From the human T2T-CHM13v2.0 reference genome, Homo sapiens: 64,000 nt of DNA. Below the pieces are notes generated by a model. It was not told the DNA's origin and did no database searches. It worked only from the letters and a program-made list of their open reading frames with translations. This document shows positions 42,331 through 64,000 of the stretch, piece after piece (position 1 is the first letter of the stretch; each line of letters opens with the position of its first letter). A program made the translations under genes and the position numbers. Where the stretch lies: NCBI RefSeq assembly GCF_009914755.1, contig NC_060941.1. One strand, given 5' to 3'.

Positions 42331-43169
42331 CTAGGTGACAAGAGCAAGACTCTGTCTCAAAAAAAAAAGAAAAAAAAAAAAATGCTGAGTAGCCAGGCAT
42401 GGTGGCTCACGCCTGTAATCACAGCACTTTGGGAGGCTGAGACGGGCGGATCACCTAAGATCAGGAGTTTGAGACCAGCCTGGCCAACATGGCGAAACTC
42501 CAACTCTACCAAAAAGACAAAAATTAGCTGGGCATGGTGGCGTGCCTGTGATCCCAGCTACTTGGGAAGCTGTCTCATGGTGAAACCCTGTCTCTACTAA
42601 AAATATACATATACACAAAAATTAGCCAGGCATGGTGGCAGGCGCCTGTAATTCCAGCTACTCAAGAGGCTGAGGCAGGAGCCGCTTCAACCCAGAAGGC
42701 AGAGGTTGCAGTGAGCCGAGATCACACCACTGCACTTCAGCCTGGATAACAAGAGCAAGACTGTCTCAAAAAAAAAAAACAAAACAAAGTGCTGAGTAGA
42801 TTCGACAGGAAGACTAGGTGGGGAAGGAGGAAGATGGGTAACAGCATCATCTAAGGCAACAGCACTGTCAAAAACTTGGAGATACAAGAGATTATGAAAT
42901 TTAAGAAAAGACAAGGAGTTCAGAGTGGTAGAACACAGTGGTATGATGGGAAGGCTAGGGCCAAATGATAAAGAGTTTTGAGATGCTGATATATTTAATA
43001 AATCTGTTTTCTATAATAAATAAATTTGAAGAAAAAGAAAATTCAGAGGAAGAAAAGAGAAAGCTATAGTTTAAACGATAATTAAGAGACATACCAACCC
43101 AATACAATGTGTAGACCTCTTCCGGATTCTGATTAAACAAACCACTTACTCAAAAAGGGAGAGGGGTAT

Positions 43170-43345
43170 CAGGTACAGTGGTGTACAGCTGTAGTCCCAG
43201 CTTCTCTGGAGGTTGAGGCAGGAGGATAGGTTGAGCCCATGAGTTTAAGGCTGCAGTGTGTTATGTTCACACCTGTGAACACTAGTACACATCAGCCTGG
43301 GCAACACAGTGAGAACTTGTCCCTAAAAAAATAATTAAGAAAAAT
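43170..43345 (+). mobile_element. FAM (fossil Alu monomer)
   Basis: Monomer retaining the 7SL-like cacacctgtgaa segment before cagcctgggcaac. Confidence 0.65.
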
Positions 43346-43872
43346 AGAAAAGTGGGGAGGAAGACAAGGAAGAGAATAATTGGACATGCATGTCTCCTTT
43401 TTGTTTGTTTTTAAATTCAAGACAGGGTATCGCTATGTTGCCAGGCTGGTCTCAAACGCCTAGGCTTAACAACCCTCCTGCCTCAGCCTTATGAGTAGCT
43501 GGGATTACAGACATATGCCACCACACCCAGGTGGACATGCATCTCTTAATGAGATGGATGGGGTTTTCTTACTTTCAATTACTTCATGTGTCTATTAATG
43601 ACTATTACTTATTGCTGGAATGAGGGTACAACATAAATTCTAATCCCATTTTTCATTTTATACATATAAATGCTAAGAAAACCTATTCACATAAATAAGT
43701 AGGTAATGAAAGAAGTTTTGTTACAGCAATGCCATTAAATTCTTTGAGTTAGATGCCAAAAAAAATTACCAAGATCTATAATTTTAAAAAACTTTCTGGG
43801 AAATGGCATTTGACTTCACTATTTCTTATAATTTTTTTTTTTTTTGAGATGGAGTCCCGCTCTGTTGCCTAG

Positions 43873-44307
<435 letters not shown>

Positions 44308-45815
44308 TAATTTTTGTAGTTTTTGTAGAGATGGAGTTTCACCATGTTGCCCAGGCTGGTCTCGAATTCATGAGCTCAAGCGATCCATCCCTTCAGCCTC
44401 CCAAAGTGCTGGGATTACAGGCATGAGCCACCACTCCTGGCCCTATAAAAATTATTTTTAATGACCAGCTAAAACTTGATCAAGTCCTTCAATTTTGTTG
44501 AAAACTACAGAGAGAAATATGCCTGACTTATGAAAAGATGCTACCCAGTCATTGATATCACTGCCTTCTCACCAACATTCTGATTTGTCTCTCTGGTGGT
44601 GTGGAAGGCCTCTCACCACAATGTACTATTTGGGATGTCTGGCTAATGTGCCTTTCTTTGTAAAGTGGAAGGTAGAAAATATGAAAGATCAATCGTAGAA
44701 TCTAGAAAGCCCCCTTAGAAATACCTATGGGCTTTCATTATTTTATTTCACCCTTACTGCATACACCATTAACTCTAGCACTGACTGTGGTTATTTCATC
44801 CATCAAGTCTTATCTGTTTGGTTACCTGCAAGTTCCCTGAAAGCAAGATAAAGGTCTTAACCTCTTCTTAAAATCCTAGAGCCTACATCTCAGTGTTAGG
44901 TGCATGTAAGACTCCCAGCAAATGTTTACTGAATGAATATGTAAATATGAGCATATTTCATCATTATTCTTAGTCTTCTTCCTTGCTAGAAAAAATACAA
45001 TTAGGGGTTAACTAAGCTGGAAATCAGAAGAAACTGAAAAAAAAAGAAAAAAAAATCAGAAGAAACTGGGAAAGAGAAAACTAAAATATATGAAGCTTCA
45101 AATTTTATCACAATGAACTTTTGGTACATCTATCCTCATTTCTAAAGAACTGGAATAGAGGCCGGGTACGGTGGTTCACACCCGTAATCCCAGCACTCTG
45201 GGAGGCTGAAGCGGGCGGACCTGAGGTCAGGAGCTTGAGACCAGCCTGGCCAACATGGTGAAACCCTGTCTCTACTAAAAATACAACAATTAGCCAAGCA
45301 TGGTGGTGGCAGGCACCTGTAATCCCAGTTACTCCGGAGGCTGATGAAGGCAAATCGCTTGAACCCAGGAGGGGGAGGTTGCGGTGAGCCGAGATCATGC
45401 CATTGCACTTCAGCCCGGGTGACAGAGTAAGACTCTGTCTAAAAAAAAAAAAAAAAAGATTTAGGGAACAAATTTCGTCAGATAAAAGGTGCTCATTTCA
45501 CTTTCACTGGTTCAGATTACCTACAAAGACACCTTGGTAGACACAGTGGCTCATGTCTGTAATTCCAGCTACCAGGGAGGCTGAGGTGAGAGGACTGCTT
45601 GAAACCCAGAGTTCAAGACCATCCTGGGCAACAGTGAGACCCAGTCCTTAAAAACTTTTTTTCTTAATTAGCCAGGCACAGTGGTGAGCAACTATTGTCC
45701 TAGCTACTCAGGAGGCTGAAGCAGGAAGACTGCTTGAGCCTAGGAGTTCCAGGCTGTAAGTGAGCTACGATCATGCCACTGCACTCCAGCCTGGGCAACA
45801 CAGTGAGACCCTATC

Positions 45816-45854
<39 letters not shown>

Positions 45855-47387
45855 AGGATCTCAATAGTAATTAAATGAGACAATAAATGAGAATATCTTA
45901 AAACCATAGAACTCTAAAAAAAAATGTTAAATTATCTTCCTAACATTGACAGACTACTTACATGTGACTTTTCTTAGATGATAATCCAGCAACAGATTTT
46001 ATTCCAGTGAATGTTAGTGATCTTCATTTTGTTAAGCAGCAAAATTTGCAGTGTGGTAAAACAGTTCTATCCATCAAGTCAAATATTAACAAATGAACAC
46101 TTCAGTCCTATATCTTTATAACTTAATGATGTTGAAATTACTAAGGTATAAATGTTAGTTAATTCAATAATGACATCACAAAGAGAGATCTTATTTGTTT
46201 CAACTGAGGTCCCTGAGATCACGAAAGCCTGTTTTCAATTTCATCATTCTTTAATTCACAAATGGCTCACACATGTAACTCCAGCATTCTGGGAGGTCAA
46301 GACTGGAGGACTGTTTGAAGCCAGGAGTTTGAGACCAGCCTGGGCAACATAATGAGACTCCATTTCTACAAAAAATTTAAAAATTACACCAGCATGGTGC
46401 CACATACCTATAGTCTCAGCTACTCAGGAGGCAGAGGCAGGAGGATTACTTGAGCCCAGGTGGTCAAGGCTATAGTGAGCCATAAGCCTGAGCGACAGAG
46501 TGAGACCCTGTTTCAAACAAAAACAAAAACAAAAAACAAAACACACACACACACACAATTTATTGAAGTACTACATATGCAGCACTATGTTAGAGATGGT
46601 ATTTTGAATCTATCAAATGCCGTTTTACTTTTCCTTATAGTTTTTTTTCCATCCTTCTTTCTCTACAAAATTCCCCAAGTTCAACTGTAAAAAATCTCTA
46701 TCAACCTTATTTATGGTATTAGATTCATACAATTCTGAATAATCTTACCAACCAATCAGTGTTTTCTTCTTCACTGGAGGAAGAAAGTTACATGTAAAGC
46801 CTGATGACACAAAAATCACAAAAATAAAAACAGAATTACTAATGTTTGCAACTCTACTATCTACTCCTACAACATGTAGCATTTAAAGAGTTTACATAAG
46901 AAAGCTCACACTAAAGTATGATTTTTCATTACACATTGGAGTCAAATTTTCAGTTTCTAACTCTTCAACACCATTTATTCCAAGCACACTCATTTAGACT
47001 TTGGGTTTCAGTTTTACAGGTTTTTACATACCCTGACATCTATCAGTGCAGAAATACCCCCATCTACTGGCAAGAGGTGACGCTACAGGCTACTTTTGAA
47101 AGCGCCAGCATGCTACAGAGGAATTTATCAAGTCATAAAGAGTTCATCCAAACAGCTCCCCAATCTACAATCCAACTCCAAAATCCTGAGCCATCTTCTA
47201 CTTCTTACCAAACATTGGGGGATGGAAGGAACAGAGAAGTATAGTTAATCGGTTAAATGGCTGCCATATTAAGATAAAAATGGTTTATAAAAATATATTT
47301 TTAAATATTTAAAATATTGAGGCCGGGTGCAGTGGCTCATGCCTGTAATCCCAGCACTTTGGGAGGCTGCAACGGGCGTATCACTTA

Positions 47388-47664
<277 letters not shown>

Positions 47665-48623
47665 TCATTATATGAATACTTCATGATATGCTGATACAAG
47701 ACATTTATGCCTTTTTTTTCTTGCCTAGCTAGGATTTCAATCCAAAATGCTTACTTTAAAAGACATGTATCATTTAAATAAATATATATTAATCATTATT
47801 AATGTCGTACCTGCTCTTATAAAATATAATCGGTTTTCACCAATTTCTTTAAAACAAAATCCGTGGTCAAAAATGACAAAGTACGTTTACAAAAAACTTT
47901 ACACCTTGAACAGTATCTTTCATGTACATTATTCCATCATATTGCTAAAATAAATAAGACTTGCCTTTTTTTTTTTTTTTTGAGACCATGTCTCACTATG
48001 TTGCCCAGGCTGGTCTCGAACTCCTGAGCTCAAGCAATCCTCCAGTCTCAGCCTCCTAGACAGCAGGGATTACAGGCACACACCATCACACGGGTTTTTT
48101 GTTTTTTGTTTTTTTTTTTGGTATTTTCACACCTGGTTTTAACGCTGTCATTTTAAGCATGCATTTATAACTAAAGGCACAAGCACAGAGAAAATAAGTG
48201 ATTTGCTTAGATGCACAAAGCTTATACATGGCATAACTAGGATACGAACTCACATTTTCTGCCTCCAATTCTATACTCTCCACAACATTCTGACTACCTC
48301 TCATAAAATGACCAGGCACAGTGGCTCATGCCTGTAATCCCAGCACTTTGGGAGGCCGAGGTGGGCGGATCACTTGAGGTCAGGAGTTCGTGACCAGCCT
48401 GACCAACATGGTGAAACCTCATGCCTACTAAAAATACAAAATTAGCTGGGTGTAGTGGCAGGCACCTGTAATCCCAGCTACTGGGGAGGCTGAGGCAGGA
48501 GAATTGCTTGAACCTGAGAGGCTGAGGTTGCAGTGAGTGGAGATCGTGCCTGGGCAATACAGTGAGACTGTGTCTCAAAAAAACAAAATTACCAAGTATA
48601 TCTTACATAGAAAATGAGATCTA

Positions 48624-48953
<330 letters not shown>

Positions 48954-49071
48954 TCAGAAATATATATATTTTTGTGTATATATATATGCTTACATTTTAA
49001 TAAAATTAAGTTTCTTCCTTTCTTTTGCCTTGGAGAAAAAATATACACATAAAGCTGGGCGCGGTGGCTCA

Positions 49072-49461
<390 letters not shown>

Positions 49462-50119
49462 TCACTTGAGGCCAGGAGTTCAAGACCAGCCTGGGTAACA
49501 CAGTGAGGCCCCATGTCTACAAAAAATAAAAAAATTAGCTGGGCACGGTGATGGATGTTTGTAACCCAGCTATTCAGAAGGCTGAGGCGGGAGGATCACT
49601 TGAGCCCAGTTCAAGATCGCAGTGAGCTCTGATTGTGCCACTGCACTGCAGCCTGGGTGACAGAGACCCTGTCACAAAAATAATAATACAAGCAAAAACG
49701 ATAAATACTCATAATCCAACCCACACTTAACACACCAATCACCTCCTTTCTTTTCTATGGTCACATTTTAGATATGTTTATTCTTTATATCCCACCTTTT
49801 TCCAAAAACATGACTGATAGCTGGTAAACAGACACTTACGTTAAGTCATGGTTGTTGCAATCCTCTTTCATCACATCAGTAAGAGATGAAAAAGACTAAT
49901 AATTTTAAAATGTAAGGTTCATAATAGAAATTCTGAAAGGAAAACTACAGGGCCCAATCTAGGCTTTTCCTAATTTCTTATATCTGCATTTATGGCACCA
50001 CGTAATAAAAATAATATCTGTCACAGATCAAAAATGATAAATACTTATTGGCTGAACAAATTAAACAGCCGCTCCAAAGCACTACAAGATCCTAAATCAA
50101 AGACTCAATTTGTTTGAAA

Positions 50120-51900
<1,781 letters not shown>

Positions 51901-52307
51901 GAAGAACATTGCATGATTGCAATCATCCACGTGGTAATTCCTCCCTAAAAATGAATCATCGAGGTTTATTTAAAAATTTAAACTTTATGTCTGCTACCAA
52001 TTTTTGTACAAAACCAAACCAAACTGCCAAACTTCAGATTATCTGTTGACACTTTTTAATATAATATCAAATGTGGTTTTAAAAAAGGTAGCCAATGCCA
52101 TCAGAAGCTATTCTAAAACAGAGTTGGTCTGAAACTATTCTTGTTCAGAAGACTGCTCGTATTTAAAAAATTTTTAATGAAATAAAATTTCTCACTTTGT
52201 TCAACTACTTATATGTTGGAGAGAAATCCGAGAGAAAAGAAAAATTTTAAGTGTTAACATTCAACTGTAACAAGTACCAAACACTGACACCTAGAAAACC
52301 AGCCATC

Positions 52308-56125
<3,818 letters not shown>

Positions 56126-59100
56126 AAGTCATTATGATGTATAGGCATACTTAAAAACCTGTGAAATAGAATTAAGCTACAATTTTTAAAGCCTTGAATC
56201 GATAAAATATGTAGTGAAACAAGATTAAGACGCTAGCATATCTAAAGGGAAATTTTTAAAGTTAAACTTCCTTACATTATAGACAAGGTTAACCTCCTTA
56301 TTGCCAAGGGCTTTGAAATTAATAACATGAGAAGCAGCATACAAAAACATTAAATGTATAAAAAGGTCTGAAACAAATGTTCTGGAGGAGTAATCTTATT
56401 CTGCTTCTCCATACCTAAGAATTTAAAATATTAGAAATTACACTAAACTGCTTTTTCCAGCCTTTGGTTTTCAGAAACAATAATGGTATAAAAAATTATC
56501 CCAAAGTTTTTACTGTAAAGAATATTTTTCTATCCAAACCATTGAAAGAAAAGCCTGTATCAGATATAAGTATAATGATATAGACATTATACATTTTGTA
56601 ATCAATGTTATAGAAACAGTAGTTGAAGTTGATAGTGTTACCATACAGCCCATTTCAATGATCATATGTTAATGTGTCATAAAGAACAGAAGTAGCTTGA
56701 TGGATGAAATCAGATTCTAACCCCCAACTGCCTGAGGAATCTAAAATTTGGGATCAAATTATTAAATTAGCCCCACCTTCTTAGCATTGACAAATACCAA
56801 ACAGTTCACTGATTGTGGTTTTAAGAATAATATGTGGAAAGGTTTAATATCAATTGTGGGCAGAGATCTCATGGCTTAAATATTTCCTCTTCTTCAGAGA
56901 GAGTGTGTATGAGTGTGTGAGTGTGTGTGTGTGAGTGTGTGCATCACCATGTAAGAAATGTTTATACCTTTCAGCAAAGGGGCAATTCCACAATAAAGTT
57001 ATTATCAAGTAACTAAAGTTTATACAGCATCTTGAAATCAAAGGTACTCTATAAATTTAAAATACTAATATGGTATTAACTTAAAGCAAAGAACAATAAT
57101 TTTAAAACACCTTATAGCCCAAGTGTATTGTAAACCAAATATAAATTCACTGTGGGATCTGTCTTTTTTTAAGTGATTTTTTTTCCTCTATTAGGCAACC
57201 CAGATCTAAATGAACTGTTAAACACTTAGTCTAAAGGTATGCCAAACATTTCTTAAGGTCTTCACAAAGAATCAACTTTTTTTTTTTTTTTTTTTAAACA
57301 AAATGAGGCCTAGGTTAAATATTTTATTTGGCTTCTCAAGATGGACTGAGAAGTTGGGCACCAGCTCCAGACCAATTCCTGGACGCACATCAAACACAGC
57401 CCTGTCATTTATCCAGTCAGTCAAAACAATCTTTTCCATCTAACCCTTTAATGTTTATGTCCTAAAAAGCTGCTAATTGAATCCAGCTCTTGAGATCTAT
57501 TTGCTAAAATCTATACCATCTAATTTATAAATGATGAACAAAAATGGAAGAAAAAATATGTTAACTTTCCTGGCAAAACAGAAGAGACTCCACTGTAACC
57601 AAAGAAGGAAGGACAATGTTTTTAATATTTGTCAAATTTTAAGAGAAAACTATTCAGAGACAAATAGTTGTAAGAAACTCAGAGTACCTCAAACTGTTTT
57701 TACTATTAAGAGGACACAGGGTATTTAAAATTCCTCAGAAAAACCTGAAACAAAATCACTATAAATGTAGTTCAATATTCCCCCTTCCCCTAAAATATAA
57801 GCATAATCTTTCCTCTTAATAAACTTTAATTATAAATTCTTATAATGTATCATAGGCAGTACGGAAACCACAGATAAACACTTTAAGATCTATTAAGTCA
57901 TACTAAAAACCTCAACTAACCTTATCTGCAGAAAATCAAAAACCCTATTTTTTCCCTCATTTTCTCTACATAGCCCAGAGGAGGGTAAATGGAAACAGCC
58001 TATTTCTGATGCTTTCTGCACACCTGGGATCACATGTTCTTTCCACGATCACTGACTACAGACAGCAACAGCAACAGATAAACTCTAAAGCAACAAAGAT
58101 CCCCTATAAAGGTTTCCACTGACTCCTCCCAATGTAAGGACACTGAATGAGGGGGGAGGGGGTGGAATACAAGTATCCTCCAATCCAGGTTTTCCATTAA
58201 GAATCACTCAGTTAATGATTCCCTGCAATTTTCCCTAGGGAAAGGAAAACTGCCATGAAAGTAATATATTATTTAAATTGCAGCCAACATACATTCAAGC
58301 TAAATTCTCAAATACCAAATTCACTGCAAGTTTTCATCCAGCAAGTTCAGCCAGTGGACTGGGATGTGACACACAGGCATTTAACTACAAAATTAGTCCA
58401 AATAAATCTCAAAGTCTAGTGTGGGCAAACATAATTACAGTTTATCCGTACACGTGCACGCACACACAAATCCTCTACGGAAAATTATCTTTCTCACCAC
58501 TCACCCGAATACAAACGTGGACAATTTATCAGGGGTAAATGGTGAAGGTAGGATAACGCCGTGATTCCAATTCCTTTACAAACCAAATAAAAGTTCTCCT
58601 AAAACGGGGGTGGCATGTCCATGTAAGAATACCAAAAATGGCACTGTAAGCAAAACGTACCTGTAATGTTAAAGATTTCATGCACCTGGAATCATAAACA
58701 CTTTGTAAGTGTAGTCTTCTATCTGGCAACCCCTCCGGACATTCTTTTCCATTTCGAAAAAGGAATGGGGAGGGTGGGGAGAGTAACAGAAAGTTTGCTC
58801 GAAAGTTTGTATGAGCACATACTTAGCAATGCACCCCCCCCAAAAAAGTGTGTTTTTAAAGCAGGTCTGGCGTTAGAAGTTAGACACAAGTTCTGCGGCC
58901 TAAAAGGAACAACCCCAAACATGCCACCCTACAATCAGACACTTCCAAAACACAGTGTACAATGAGCCCAAGCCGTCGGATCAGACAGGCACACCGGAAA
59001 AGTCAACCTGTCTCCTCACCTCAGAGACATGAGTTTAAGGTGTGTGGCCCGGGCAGCGGTGGCCGGCGGCGGGGAGTAAAGGTTTTTCATGCGGGCATAA

Positions 59101-59586
59101 CTGGGTGTGTGCAAGGTAACAACCCGGGAACACACACGCACACCCTCCCGTTAAGCGCTCCATCTTTAAGGAGTGTTTACTGCGCGCAGTCAGCAACCGG
59201 ATTCAATAATCCTCGCCACGGGAGCTCTTCATCCCCTTCACGATCTCACCTGGGCGGTAGCCCAGGGGCTGTTCCCCGAGCCCCGGGAGGCAGCGTCTGG
59301 CTCCTTGACCAAGACTTTCCGACCTGAAATCCGCCTGCGATGCGAACCGGTGTATTCTCCCCTCCACAAAACACCACCCCCCGCCCCGAGTCATCCTCGG
59401 CTTTTTAAACAATGTCCAAACCAGAGCAAGTGGTTTTCCAATTACTCTCCCTGAACTAGGCCTTCCCATTCCTCCGACCCCCAACTCATCATTGATCGCG
59501 ACCCTGGCCCTTCCCAAGGCCACAGGCACCCCCCGCCAGCTCGCCCACCCCGCGGCTGCCCAGCCCGGCCCGCCGCCCCCCCTCAC

Positions 59587-59638
59587 CTGTCAGGCGCAGC
59601 TTGACGGGCCCGTTCCTCCGGCCTCCGGGGTTAGACAT
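59587..59638 (-). CDS. SMURF2: SMURF2 coding exon 1 (start of C2 domain), 52 nt, phase-1 donor
   Basis: Minus strand ggggacATG TCT AAC CCC GGA GGC CGG AGG AAC GGG CCC GTC AAG CTG CGC CTG ACA G|gtgagg gives MSNPGGRRNGPVKLRLT, the SMURF2 N-terminus; canonical GT donor; lies within a CpG island. Confidence 0.97.
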
Positions 59639-60100
59639 GTCCCCGGCGGCGGGGGCGGCGGGGGCGGCGGGCGGCACGGGGGCGACGGCGAGGCGCGGCG
59701 GAGTCACCACAGCGGCCGGGGCTGGGGCCCGAGCAGCCGGCGCCTCGGCCGCCACGGCCGGAGGGTCCCGGATGTGCCGAGAGTCGTCGCCATGAGCCGC
59801 GGAGGGAGCGGGACGCCGAGCTCCCCCCTCCTCCCACTTCTCCTTCCTCGGCCCGGGCCGCACAACAAAGCGGCAGCCGCGGCCGCCCGCGCCGCCTCCG
59901 CCCGCGCCCCCGCCGCCTCCTCGCGGCCGCCGAGGCCTTTCCCTCCTCTCGTCTCGGCGAGGCCCAGTAGCCGACGGGGCTGGTCGGCTGAAGCGGGCGG
60001 TGCTCGGGGGCGCCGGAGCAGAACTCTGGGCTCGGCCGCTTCCTCCTCCACCCGCCCTCTTGTCTGAGGGACCCGGGACCTGGGGCCGCCGCCGCCACTC
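59639..60100 (-). other. SMURF2: SMURF2 5' UTR part of exon 1 (TSS approximate)
   Basis: GC-rich sequence between the ATG and the GC-box cluster; TSS inferred just downstream of the GC boxes, not directly visible. Confidence 0.65.
59704..59793 (-). other. Upstream ORF (29 aa) in SMURF2 5' UTR
   Basis: ctcATGg at 59793 reads MATTLGTSGTLRPWRPRRRLLGPQPRPLW then TGA, ending 65 nt before the main ATG. Translation unproven. Confidence 0.55.
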
Positions 60101-60110
60101 GTCGGCTCCG

Positions 60111-60186
60111 GGGGGCGGGGAGGAGACGGGAGGCGGGGCCGGCGGGGCGGGGCGGGGCCGGGGCGGGGCCGGCGGGCGCGCGCAGG
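60111..60186. promoter_or_regulatory. Tandem GC-box (Sp/KLF) cluster, also G-quadruplex-capable
   Basis: gggggcggggaggagacgggaggcggggccggcggggcggggcggggccggggcggggcc contains several GGGGCGGGG motifs. Confidence 0.8.
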
Positions 60187-60792
60187 GTGCCCTGGCGGGC
60201 ACCGGCAGTCAGGGAGGGTGTGAGCTGCCGCCGAGGGTCCCACGCGGAACGCTGGGAGGGAGCAGGCAGGGAGCAAAGCGGCGGCGGGCGCGGCAGCTCT
60301 GTGGCACCTGGAGGGGTTTACTGTCCGGGCCACTTAAGGGAGAACTTTTGTCCAAGCAGGGCCAACTGCATTTTATTAGACGCCCACTGCGTGCAGGGCG
60401 CTCCGAGAGGCTGGGGCGAGGAAGGTTAGAACCGAGTCCGCTGCCTGCCGGGAACTTGGCGTCTTTCGGGCGAGGGAAGAGAAAGCATTCCCACGCCGAT
60501 GGTTCCAGCAAAACCCCAGGAATGCTCTGCTCCTGGTCTTGTAGTTGACACCTCCATCCGGGACTCACCTGGTGGAGGAGATCAGGTTACCTGCCGACTC
60601 CCGCTCTTTTCAGGTGCAGCCAAGGATGGGGAGATGATACGTCTTAAAGGATTAACAAGATAAACCTTGGAGAGTAATGTATGAAGAGTTGTTCATACGC
60701 TACTGTATTTCGTTATCTCAGGAGGAGAAAGAGAAAAGTTTTTAAAAAATGTGTACCTTATCCTTTGACATTGTAACTGTACTGCTAGAAAT

Positions 60793-64000
<3,208 letters not shown>

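Larger units (their letters stand above)
58950..60600. promoter_or_regulatory. CpG island / TATA-less SMURF2 promoter
   Basis: Abrupt shift to very GC- and CpG-rich, repeat-free sequence around exon 1, within otherwise AT-rich, CpG-depleted DNA. Confidence 0.92.

Noticed and set aside
59489-59586. Continuation GEGGRRAGLGSRGVG... after LRLT in the ORF track
   Set aside because: Read-through into intron 1 past the canonical donor; the real protein continues in exon 2.
58962-60568. Many long overlapping ORFs on both strands, including a plus-strand ATG at the CATG palindrome 59791-59794
   Set aside because: Expected from stop-codon scarcity in a CpG island; low-complexity Ala/Gly/Pro/Arg products with no domain. 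Only the SMURF2 frame and the uORF were retained.

Overview
Primate (almost certainly human-type) genomic DNA containing the 5' end of SMURF2, a C2-WW-HECT E3 ubiquitin ligase gene, on the minus strand. It includes the CpG-island promoter (~58950-60600), coding exon 1 (59638-59587, MSNPGGRRNGPVKLRLT), a 55,184-nt intron 1 (59586-4403), the 39-nt exon 2 (4402-4364, VLCAKNLVKKDFF) and the start of intron 2. The rest is mostly transposon relics: roughly 70 Alu copies or fragments, a 5'-truncated L1PA inside an L2, old L1M/L2/MIR pieces, MaLR and ERVL LTRs, MER1A and MER5A, and a decayed ERV1-type LTR+PBS+gag/pol relic. Nearly all ORF-track entries are Alu, L1 or GC-rich artefacts. I see no convincing new biological system. 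The best leads are regulatory or evolutionary: a single uORF plus a stop-free in-frame N-terminal extension in the 5' UTR, an Alu target-site duplication that duplicated a perfect splice donor, the symmetric micro-exon 2, an intronic CTCF motif, a poly(A)-only retroinsertion and local Alu-to-Alu copying. Repeat subfamily names and boundaries are by-eye estimates.
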